Part shown: piece by piece, positions 52,001 through 60,893 of the stretch
Layout of the letters: every line of letters starts with the position of its first letter
Numbering within the stretch: position 1 is the stretch's first letter
Virus record (IMG/VR): IMGVR_UViG_3300018875_000004
Coordinates: 1-64,000 of that record
Source of the DNA: a virus
Length of the DNA: 64,000 nt
Direction: 5' to 3' (one strand)
Notes under the pieces: generated by a model
What the model was told of the DNA's origin: nothing
What the model saw: the letters and a program-made list of their open reading frames with translations, nothing else
Databases searched by the model: none
Position numbers and translations under genes: made by a program

Positions 52001-54067
52001 TCACTTTGCTTGCAGCTGCAGCCGCATGATCTTCGGTGTAATGTGGGGAATGCTTTCGTCCCGCTTCATCGAAGCCCGGGCTACAACCTGATTATTCTGA
52101 ATAGAGCTATCAATGACTTCATAGACCAGTTGGAAGATGCAGTTGGTCGGCAGGTAGTTTAGGACAACCTGGTTTTCATAGATGGCAAAGTAGTCTCGGT
52201 TGTTTGGCGAGATATTGTAATACAGCGAATGCTCGTCCACGATTTTAAGACTATCCTTATCTGCCCTTACCCGTTTCTCCATCAGGAAGTTAAACTTGCC
52301 AAGCAGGGTTTCATTCGGCAGATTGCTGTCGGCAAAGTCTTGCCGCAGCTGCATATCGCCCCAGTGAAACAGGATTTGAATCTCACTCCAGCCGGCAGCC
52401 AGTGTCAGCGTGACTTCTTCGTTGGATGGCACCATGCGTTTGCCGTCTACATAAACTGCATACGTGCCGATTCGTTTACGGACTCCGGATACCGTCTGAA
52501 TGACAGCCAGGGATAAAGGTTCGACTCTGGCTTCTTCGCTATATACACAAGTTGTAAAGCGATACATATTGTCGGACTTTCCGCCGTTTTCCCGGCGCAA
52601 GCTCAACTGGTTGCCGATTGGAATATAGTCGGTACGGATCATCTCCGGCCGGTTATCGTACTGGGTTTTCCATGCGCTGTTCAGCGGAATCGTGCCGTCA
52701 AACTTCACATACGTCCGCTCTCTTCTCCACTGGTTAATGCCGCGCAGCAGGATTGGATTCTGGATGTCGTCAAAGCTGTCCGGCAGTGTGCCGTCTTTAT
52801 CATCCTTGAGCAGCCGGAACACCTTCATGCCGTTCTTTACTTCCTCTGTCGTTTCTGCTTGTCCGAACTCGATGTTCTTCGATGCTCGTGCGTTGAATGC
52901 CACCGTCTTGGAATACTTCGGTGTGCTGTCTTCTGAGGAGCTGATCGGATACCAGATGAGGTTATCCAGTGCAGTCGTATCATTCGTCAGGGCGACTTCG
53001 TAATCAATCGATGTGCCGAATGGAATATCGTGCGAGGCAGTCAGGGAAACCATGTTGATGTTATCGGAGCTGAAGACGAAAGGCTGCGTGATCATAACCC
53101 CTTCGCTCAGATAACTCTTCTTGGAGATGGAAATGGTTTTAGCACCAAAATAATAATTGTAGACGCCAGCCGAGTTGTCATCGTGGTCTTTCTTCTCATA
53201 CGTAAACTTGATGGCCTTCACCTTCAGCTGGGAGAAGTTCCAGATGGCTCGATCGCTGACAGACTGTTTATTATTCTTTTCCGGAAGCGGCGTAAACGTC
53301 GATCCATCCAGGGAGTACTCCACCTGAATAAGCATTGCCTTTCCGTGGTGGGCGACATATTCCACTTCGTTGATTTCTTCTTGCCCGGCCAGACGGATCG
53401 TAAGCTCTGCCTTCACCGTTCCCGGACTGGTCGTCTTGACCACATGCCACCAGGCGGTATTGACGTTATCATCGAATGCGTTGTTGATCGTCTCGATGGC
53501 CGCCGTCTTCAGGTTCGGCGTGAGCGCGGTAAACGTCGCTTGTGAGCCGTTGATCAGAACCTTATTACTCTGCCTTTGATTTTCTTTCAGTGTGATCTGA
53601 CCGTTATTCAGATCGATGGCCGTCGTGCTGTTCGCGGTATTCACCCGACTGGTATCGATGAAGTCTTCGATTACCGTATCCAGGTAGCTGCTGCCGGCGC
53701 CTGACACAAGCAGAAGCTGGTCAATCTTTTTGGAGAGCGTGGCCAGCTCATGGCTGATTTTATCCCGCTCCGTTTCCGCAAAGTTGAAGTCATTCATAAT
53801 GCGGATGGTTTGGTTAATCGTGGCGTCATACAAGTCGCCAATGTCCTGGTGGATCATCGTCACATTATCATTGTATCTTTCGCTGTCAGACTTCTCTTTA
53901 CGGAGAACCTTGAGCGGCGAAAAGGACGGAGCCCCGGGAGTGTGTTCCCGGAGCCATTGTCCCAAATGATAAGTGATGGTTTGAATACTGGGGTACCGTC
54001 CGCGCTGCAGGTAAGACCTTACGATCTTCTCGACGACGCGGGATAGCTGTGTCTGCCGGATGCCCAT
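52001..54067 (-). CDS. virion-type protein, paralogue family
   Basis: SERYN...I.QDI.DLY; NAFDDNVNTAW; YYFGAK.I. Confidence 0.75.
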   Translation of the reverse strand: MGIRQTQLSRVVEKIVRSYLQRGRYPSIQTITYHLGQWLREHTPGAPSFSPLKVLRKEKSDSERYNDNVTMIHQDIGDLYDATINQTIRIMNDFNFAETERDKISHELATLSKKIDQLLLVSGAGSSYLDTVIEDFIDTSRVNTANSTTAIDLNNGQITLKENQRQSNKVLINGSQATFTALTPNLKTAAIETINNAFDDNVNTAWWHVVKTTSPGTVKAELTIRLAGQEEINEVEYVAHHGKAMLIQVEYSLDGSTFTPLPEKNNKQSVSDRAIWNFSQLKVKAIKFTYEKKDHDDNSAGVYNYYFGAKTISISKKSYLSEGVMITQPFVFSSDNINMVSLTASHDIPFGTSIDYEVALTNDTTALDNLIWYPISSSEDSTPKYSKTVAFNARASKNIEFGQAETTEEVKNGMKVFRLLKDDKDGTLPDSFDDIQNPILLRGINQWRRERTYVKFDGTIPLNSAWKTQYDNRPEMIRTDYIPIGNQLSLRRENGGKSDNMYRFTTCVYSEEARVEPLSLAVIQTVSGVRKRIGTYAVYVDGKRMVPSNEEVTLTLAAGWSEIQILFHWGDMQLRQDFADSNLPNETLLGKFNFLMEKRVRADKDSLKIVDEHSLYYNISPNNRDYFAIYENQVVLNYLPTNCIFQLVYEVIDSSIQNNQVVARASMKRDESIPHITPKIMRLQLQAK

Positions 54068-54081
54068 TACATCACCTCATA

Positions 54082-57000
54082 TCATGGATATATACTGTTG
54101 TGTTTTTCTTTTCTTATTGTAATGTCGGAGAGCTTCGTTTGACCAGCGCTTTTTAGAAGGATGTCGCATACAGCAACGGAGCCTCCGCTGAAATCCTCTG
54201 CTGCAAGTGGGATAACCTGCAGAACGCTATTGGTTGCTGCATTCACGATCTCTACTTGCGGCAATCGATCCAGCTGCTCTGCTTTTGCCCCTTGGTAGTG
54301 ATTCACGACAAGCGTCAACACCCGGCCGACAAAGCCATCAACGGTAATGATCTCTACCTGGTTGGACCAAGGATCATCCTGCCCTGCTCGGTGAGCCGTG
54401 TAATCATAGTTCAGGTACAGTTTATTGGTGCCTTCCACATAGGATTTATAGTTTGGATACTGTGCATCCGGTGGGGAATTGTAGAATAGATGCTTACTTG
54501 AATCCCGATCGAGGAAAGCATGGAAGTCAAAGTCGGATGCTTCTGTTCCCGGAGCCACACCCCAGCGGAGCCGGAACAGCATGTCGTAGCTGTTTTCGAT
54601 ATTGCCTTCATCCGGAGACGGTGCTGGCGCCGGCACGCTGCAATCGTGTACGTTGATCTGAATCTCCCGAGTCAGTGTTCTGCCATCTGCGCCGGTAGCC
54701 GTGATGATGACCTTGCCGGAGTTCAGCTCACCAGCGTCTTCAGAAATCTGGCCAGAGATGCCTTGCAGCTGGCTGCCGTAGTTACCCATGATATCTACGT
54801 ACTGTCCGCCTGTTGCGTCAGCCATCGGCTTCAGCTGGTTGTATGGCTCACCGCTCATAGGCCCGATGACGTGCAGCTTGATATTATTTTCTTTCAGTTT
54901 ATTAATTGTTTGTGTAACGCCATACACAGAGCGACCATCCCCGTCTTTATCATGAACCGGTGCATCCGTCAGCAGGATATAGTGCCTTGCTGCTCCTGTC
55001 CGGAAGCCGTAGGTCAGTGCGCCATTGGTCGGGTCCATGATCGATTCCAACCCGGATTCGTTCGTGTCGCCGCCGCCGCTGACTGCAATCGACCGCAACA
55101 TACTGATGAAGTTGTCTGCATTGTCGGTCTGGCCAATCTTCACGATCGGCTGCCCGTCATTGACTTCGCTGTACTGGATACAGCCCAGGCGATAGTTTAC
55201 ATTGTCGGCCTGCAGCCTTGAAATGAATACGGCCAGGTTGTCTGCCACTTTGCCGATTGGTGCCGACATGCTGCCGGAGTAGTCGATCAGGAACGTAATG
55301 TCAGCCCTGCCGTTGTCCGTGGTTGTGCCGCCACCGGTACCGAATGCCGATGATGGAATCGTAAAGCGGAAGTCCTCATGTACTTCATCCCCATCTTGGC
55401 TATATACCTGGCTGCCCCGATAGGTCGCTTTGATGTTTGCAACGCTTGGGAACATTTCAGCAAAGCCGCCGATCGTCAGGGAATCCGTATTACATTGTTC
55501 GATAACAGTTGGATTCGAGGATGGCTCCGTAATCTCCAGCTTCGGATCACGCCCTGCGCCTGTCTCAGGGTCAGAGTTGTGAATCGGATCGATGGAGCAG
55601 ACCATATTTGTAAACAGGTCAACGTGCTTACTTACTACGAAGTCTCCTGTCTTGCCGATGATTGGTGCGTTGCTGTAATCGCCGGCTTGCACTTCTGCTA
55701 CCCATGGCAGATTGCTCATGGTCTTCGGCCCGCCGATCATCCACTCCTTCCGTTTTACCCCAGCCGTTTTAAAGTTAATATCCGTTGCCCATGCCGTTTG
55801 TGTCCGGTCATAGTAATCCTTGAAGATGACCCCGATACCGGTCAGCTGGATATTGTTCACGCCGGTTGCGCCCCGGATCAGCAGCGACACGCCTTTGTAG
55901 TAATCCGACCATCCAGCGACCAACCGCACGTCTCCGGCTTTTGTTGGAACCGTCAGCTCCTGGGTGACGAGCCATTCCAGCGGCACGATGTTCGTCTGCA
56001 TCTGATTATCCACGTCGCTGTAGTACTGGAAGATGATCTTGTCCAGCAGCAGGCAGTCTCGCACCGGATTCTTTGTTGGGTCGTATGGCGGCACGTCCGG
56101 GCTGGTTGGGTCATCCGTATTCGGTCCGGCATTCTCCGGATCAATGACGTCTTTGTTAATTGGACACTGGTTCGTCGTGAACTCATTCGGGAACGAGAAC
56201 TTCACGTAGTCCCCTTTGTATCCAAGGGATGGACTCATGCTGTAGTTGCCGTATGCTTTGATCTGCTGAATCCAGCGGCTGTTGTCTTTCTCAGCCGGAT
56301 CGCCAATCATACGCTCACTGTTCTTCACGCCTTCGGACTGGAAGAAGATACTGTTTGCCCATGCCGTTTTTGCATTATTGTGTTCATCCAGATAGTTAAT
56401 CCCGATGGAACTCAGCTGGAATCCGTAGCCGGTATTGTTTCCGCCGTCTCGGAACCATGCGGCAATCGTGTTGTCGTCGCCCCATCCGAACATAGCCGTT
56501 GCACCATCGCCGTTATCGATCTCATACGGCAGCCAGTCGGCAGGGATATCGAACTTCTTAATATCCTGGATGTTGGCATCGTAATACTCGACATGTAGCG
56601 TATCGAACATCAAGCAGTCTCTCACGGTTGGCCCGTTCGGATCGATGGAGCAGTCCTTGATTGTCACCGTCATGCTGTCAGATGCTTCGTTGCCTTCGCT
56701 GTCGTAAGCCTTCACCTCAACCACGAAACTGTCTCCGACTTCCCAATCCAGTGTCGGGTACCGGAAATTGAACGTCTGTTCATACGGCGATGTGGCCATC
56801 CAGAATGGGCTGTGGTATCCATCGATGACAATTGTCTCGCCTGTGCTTTCGATGCTGGCCGTGCTCACAGGACCAATCGACTTCAGGTTCTTGACGTACT
56901 TCTCCATGAAGGCGAACTGCTGCGGGAAGTTGGCTCTCAGGAAACCCGGGTTGATGATATACAGTCTGTAAGCTTCTGCAAAGCCCTCTGCCGGCTGTGT

Positions 57001-59061
57001 GCATCCGTAGGCTGTAACTGGGGCTTCCTTGCCATTGTCGAGCTTGGTGCCAGCGCTGCTCTTCTTCAGCTTGTAATACTGGCTCATGCCAGACCAGTTG
57101 ATCGCATCCCACCCGCTGATCTCCTGCCACTCTTTGTAGTCGTGCAGGTTCAGGCCGATGTCGCTGGCGTATTTATGGCCAGCATTGGAAGTGTAGTAGT
57201 CTGCTCCGTAGAACGCAACGGCGTGTCCGATTTCGTGGATGGCGACTTCTCCGGCAATGTATGGCCGGCATACGACCTGGTTTTGATCCAGTGTGTACAG
57301 GTCGGCATTGCCCAAGCTGCCGATTGGGAGCCAGTAGCTCTTGTATACGTCCAGCGGGGTCAGCGTATCACTCTGATCAGTAGATGGATTCGACGTGTAA
57401 TCAGTTGGCCGGTGCGCCATCAGGTTAATCACGCTGGCGTTCAGGGCATCAGGTTCAAAATTAATATAAGAATAGAATTGCGGAAGCTCTCCGTCCTTGG
57501 CCCATGCAGCAACACTCGGATTCGTCTTGATGTCGTTAAAGTCGATCCAGTGGTACGTGTAGGTGTTCGTCTTCGCCACCAGGTCAGACAGCGTATCGAT
57601 GATGTCTCCATCCAGGTAAGCACTCGCGCTGCTGAAGAAGAAGCAGATGTTCTTGATCTTGTAGGTCGCATAGATACTGCCCAGCTGCAGCGTGGTCAGC
57701 CCCGGGAGGTTTGTCTGCGCCCAAGACTTAAAGCTACTCCACGGCTGCGGCAGTGTCACGAGGCCCTTGAGGTTATCCTGGTGCATCTTCCAAAGGAAAG
57801 CGTGGAAGCTCTGAATGGTCAGGTCACTCTTGCTGTAGATGGCATCCTCACCCGGCGCCAGCTTCTGTCGGACGGCTTCCATAAAGTCCAACCACTCGTT
57901 GCGTCCTTTGAAGAAGTTCGGCTCGATCGTCAGTGGATAAATATATCCATTTGTAATTTGTACATTGCCGCTGAACGCTTTGTTGCCTGTCCAGTAATCC
58001 TGGTTGATGCTCGATGGCGATACGGATCCGTCTACAAAGTAGCTGATGCCATTGCTCGTTGCTGGCGGTGTTGTCGGATTCGTTGGTGTGGGATTCGTTG
58101 GTGCTGTACCGCCGCCCGATGTACTTTCATCGATCGCGCTGCCGTTAACCAGCATAACCACTTTCGTAATCGGATACGGTCCATCCACGACGCCGGATAC
58201 CATCAGGTCGTCACCGTAACACAGTTCGGTCGTCTTTGGCGTGATCGTTACCTTTAGCTCGTCCGGCTGATTTGGATTCGGGTCGTCTTTATCTGGAATG
58301 CCATCCCCATCAGAATCCTTATTTGGATCATCCTCTTCATTACAGTCAACGAAGTATACGAAGTCTGTTGTCGTTGCAGACTCTCCGTCCTGTGAGTAAG
58401 CCGTGGCCACCAGCTGCAGATACGTATCTTTCACTACGCCCCATTCGGTAAGCTGGGCCAGCGTTATGTTATCTGTGATGGCTTCCTCTGTGCTGCCGGC
58501 ATAGTTGTATTCCTTAAATGGAATCTCTGTACGAGCGGCAGAACCTTTCTTGCCGATCTTGAACTTCAGCACGACTTTAATCAGTCGGGAATCACCATGC
58601 GCTTTAGCTGTAACCTTGATTGGATAGTCGATGCCCAAGCAATACTTATCTGGACTATCTTTTCTCTCCAATATCCGGATCGTCACCTTGCCGCCTGCAG
58701 ATACGCCATCGGACGGATCATCGTCTGGTTCTTCTCCGCTACCTGGCGTACCCGGTGTGCCGTTATCGCCGCCGCCCGGATTAGAAGGGTCGGTGCCGCC
58801 TCCAGGATTACCTGGGGTGCTGCCGCCGCCACCTCCGCCAGGATTCCCGGGATTACTCCCTCCCCCGCTTCCGCCGCCCGCATCTGGGTCGGTTGGGTTC
58901 GGTGGTGTTGGTGGGAAGTAGGGCGGGTCAGTAACTTCGGTGCCGGTGTCCTTCTCCCCTGCTGCTCGTCGCAGGGAAGCTTCACTGTCAGAAGGGACGC
59001 TACCGGTATAAGCTTTGATGGTGAATCCTTTTAAGAGTGGTGTTTTATTTTTCTGCGTCAT
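54082..59061 (-). CDS. 1659-aa modular protein: Ig-like modules, Zn metalloprotease (HEIGH), vWA, YfaP-like tail
   Basis: G/P linker, DSDGDGIPD, AIHEIGHAV...EGFAEAY, FLIDYSGSM...LLTDA, LRWG...DFDFH. Confidence 0.85.
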   Translation of the reverse strand: MTQKNKTPLLKGFTIKAYTGSVPSDSEASLRRAAGEKDTGTEVTDPPYFPPTPPNPTDPDAGGGSGGGSNPGNPGGGGGGSTPGNPGGGTDPSNPGGGDNGTPGTPGSGEEPDDDPSDGVSAGGKVTIRILERKDSPDKYCLGIDYPIKVTAKAHGDSRLIKVVLKFKIGKKGSAARTEIPFKEYNYAGSTEEAITDNITLAQLTEWGVVKDTYLQLVATAYSQDGESATTTDFVYFVDCNEEDDPNKDSDGDGIPDKDDPNPNQPDELKVTITPKTTELCYGDDLMVSGVVDGPYPITKVVMLVNGSAIDESTSGGGTAPTNPTPTNPTTPPATSNGISYFVDGSVSPSSINQDYWTGNKAFSGNVQITNGYIYPLTIEPNFFKGRNEWLDFMEAVRQKLAPGEDAIYSKSDLTIQSFHAFLWKMHQDNLKGLVTLPQPWSSFKSWAQTNLPGLTTLQLGSIYATYKIKNICFFFSSASAYLDGDIIDTLSDLVAKTNTYTYHWIDFNDIKTNPSVAAWAKDGELPQFYSYINFEPDALNASVINLMAHRPTDYTSNPSTDQSDTLTPLDVYKSYWLPIGSLGNADLYTLDQNQVVCRPYIAGEVAIHEIGHAVAFYGADYYTSNAGHKYASDIGLNLHDYKEWQEISGWDAINWSGMSQYYKLKKSSAGTKLDNGKEAPVTAYGCTQPAEGFAEAYRLYIINPGFLRANFPQQFAFMEKYVKNLKSIGPVSTASIESTGETIVIDGYHSPFWMATSPYEQTFNFRYPTLDWEVGDSFVVEVKAYDSEGNEASDSMTVTIKDCSIDPNGPTVRDCLMFDTLHVEYYDANIQDIKKFDIPADWLPYEIDNGDGATAMFGWGDDNTIAAWFRDGGNNTGYGFQLSSIGINYLDEHNNAKTAWANSIFFQSEGVKNSERMIGDPAEKDNSRWIQQIKAYGNYSMSPSLGYKGDYVKFSFPNEFTTNQCPINKDVIDPENAGPNTDDPTSPDVPPYDPTKNPVRDCLLLDKIIFQYYSDVDNQMQTNIVPLEWLVTQELTVPTKAGDVRLVAGWSDYYKGVSLLIRGATGVNNIQLTGIGVIFKDYYDRTQTAWATDINFKTAGVKRKEWMIGGPKTMSNLPWVAEVQAGDYSNAPIIGKTGDFVVSKHVDLFTNMVCSIDPIHNSDPETGAGRDPKLEITEPSSNPTVIEQCNTDSLTIGGFAEMFPSVANIKATYRGSQVYSQDGDEVHEDFRFTIPSSAFGTGGGTTTDNGRADITFLIDYSGSMSAPIGKVADNLAVFISRLQADNVNYRLGCIQYSEVNDGQPIVKIGQTDNADNFISMLRSIAVSGGGDTNESGLESIMDPTNGALTYGFRTGAARHYILLTDAPVHDKDGDGRSVYGVTQTINKLKENNIKLHVIGPMSGEPYNQLKPMADATGGQYVDIMGNYGSQLQGISGQISEDAGELNSGKVIITATGADGRTLTREIQINVHDCSVPAPAPSPDEGNIENSYDMLFRLRWGVAPGTEASDFDFHAFLDRDSSKHLFYNSPPDAQYPNYKSYVEGTNKLYLNYDYTAHRAGQDDPWSNQVEIITVDGFVGRVLTLVVNHYQGAKAEQLDRLPQVEIVNAATNSVLQVIPLAAEDFSGGSVAVCDILLKSAGQTKLSDITIRKEKHNSIYP

Positions 59062-60893
59062 TGCTCATCCTCCGGTCGTTCGAATAGCATTCTCAGTCGC
59101 AGGCTGTATACTGGATATTCAGATTCGATATACCCTGCCTTATTGGTCAGCGCCTGACTGGATTTGTCCACTTGCTGGACAGTGTAGATTTTTGGCGGCG
59201 CTTCTTTCCCGCCTGCGCTGTACTCCTGATGCTCCAGTGGCGAGATTGGGTACCAGGTGGCTCCGTCATCGATGGACACAAAATACTTAATCCATTTGTA
59301 CTCCGTGCCGGGTTCCGCACTTTCAATCATCAGTGGATTATCCTCGTCCACAGACAGCGTAATCTTCTCCAGCGGCTGGTCGAAGTAATACGGCTCTGTG
59401 ACGATCTCTCCGCTCGTTTCATACTCGTAAGAGTAAATGTTAATCCCACGGATTCCGATGCAGTAGCGCCAGCCCTCGAAGCGCTCTGTGCCAATATCGA
59501 TGGTCTGTTGGGTGATCCCTCTTGATAGGGATGTGATCACATCATCCAAGATAGCGCCAGAAGCATCCTGACCTTGCAGTGGATAGTAGGCTTCGACGCT
59601 GGAGTCCTTCACGCTGACTTCGACTCCAATATCCTGCAGGGCAACCAGCGGACCGTCTACGCGCGGCAGATAGCCGGGCTTTACCTGCTTGGTGACGGTG
59701 TTCATCGCGTAATCCACATCGCCGCCTGTCTGCTGATTCTGCTCATAATACTCATGACCGATGTCGGTATAGTATTTGGTCTTCTGCTCGAACAGTACGG
59801 AGATGACCTTCGCTTTCTGCGGCGAGAAGTGGAATATATAATCATCATCTTTTTTATTTGCCCCGATAACCGATACCGGTACGCCGCTGCCATCTGAAAT
59901 CAGAATGTCTTTGACGATGGCCGTCTTCGCCCCCTGGTTCGGCGGCGTGTACATCTCCACGTCGATCGCATTCACGGTAGACGCTTCGTCGAGGACGATC
60001 TGCATGTGCAGCTTCAGCACACCGTTGTCCGGATCCCGAGCCCATTTTAATTTTTGATTTCCATTCACCTGATAATCGAAGCCGAGATTCTTGGCCACGT
60101 TCTGTTTATCATGATCGCGGACGTTGACCAGTTCGAACTCGAACCAGGTGTCGGGGTTACCATCCAGTACCGCACCGTAGGCAGCGTGGTTGTTCTTGCC
60201 GCCGACATACTGGTACGTGTAATCGTTCTGGGTGTTGCCGGCACCGACTGTCACCTCGTGGTTGTTCCCTGGGAAGCCGTTGGACTCTGTACCCAGGATG
60301 AAGCTGTCATACGTCTTGTTTCCGGGAATGATCGTTACCTGTGCGCTCTGACTCAGGTTGATGCTGTCTGTTTGCGGCAGCGTCACGATTCCGTTGTTGA
60401 TACTGGCAGCATTGCCGGTCGTCCGGTCGTAGTCGATCTTGTCGTTGTTCACGAAGTCGTTGCGGCGGAAGGTAATCTTCCCGTTCGATTGCATGTTGGA
60501 AGACAGCAGCTGCAGGTCTTTCAGCTTATCCTGAATGACGCTGAACTTGCTTTGCAGAATACTCTGCTGCACCATGTTGTGGTTGAAGTCGGTGTATAGC
60601 GCACGTCCGATGATATCGATCTCCTGATACATCATAACCAGGTCACGCTTGATCTCGTCCATCATGTTATTGTAATCTTCCGACCATGGAGGCCCGCCTT
60701 CCGGCGCAAGCCGCAGCATCATTTGCGGCTGGCCGATCGACGTGAAGAAGGCTTCGAATGCCTGGAAGACATTCTGAATCAGCTTGGTGTTGGTCTTGAT
60801 GCTGCCGTCATTGAATGCAGCATGGGCTGCATCGAACTGGGCTTTCGCCTGCTCATAGAGCAGCTGCGAGTTATTCTTAATAGGCTCACTCAT
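59058..60893 (-). CDS. virion-type protein, paralogue family
   Basis: SEDYN.MM.EI.RDL..MY; AVLDGNPDTWF; YCIGIRGI. Confidence 0.75.
   Translation of the reverse strand: MSEPIKNNSQLLYEQAKAQFDAAHAAFNDGSIKTNTKLIQNVFQAFEAFFTSIGQPQMMLRLAPEGGPPWSEDYNNMMDEIKRDLVMMYQEIDIIGRALYTDFNHNMVQQSILQSKFSVIQDKLKDLQLLSSNMQSNGKITFRRNDFVNNDKIDYDRTTGNAASINNGIVTLPQTDSINLSQSAQVTIIPGNKTYDSFILGTESNGFPGNNHEVTVGAGNTQNDYTYQYVGGKNNHAAYGAVLDGNPDTWFEFELVNVRDHDKQNVAKNLGFDYQVNGNQKLKWARDPDNGVLKLHMQIVLDEASTVNAIDVEMYTPPNQGAKTAIVKDILISDGSGVPVSVIGANKKDDDYIFHFSPQKAKVISVLFEQKTKYYTDIGHEYYEQNQQTGGDVDYAMNTVTKQVKPGYLPRVDGPLVALQDIGVEVSVKDSSVEAYYPLQGQDASGAILDDVITSLSRGITQQTIDIGTERFEGWRYCIGIRGINIYSYEYETSGEIVTEPYYFDQPLEKITLSVDEDNPLMIESAEPGTEYKWIKYFVSIDDGATWYPISPLEHQEYSAGGKEAPPKIYTVQQVDKSSQALTNKAGYIESEYPVYSLRLRMLFERPEDEQ

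Noticed and set aside
58740-58920. G/P-rich nucleotide repeats as a DNA-level repeat element
   Set aside because: Explained by a Gly/Pro/Asn protein linker (NPGGG repeats) in the 1659-aa ORF
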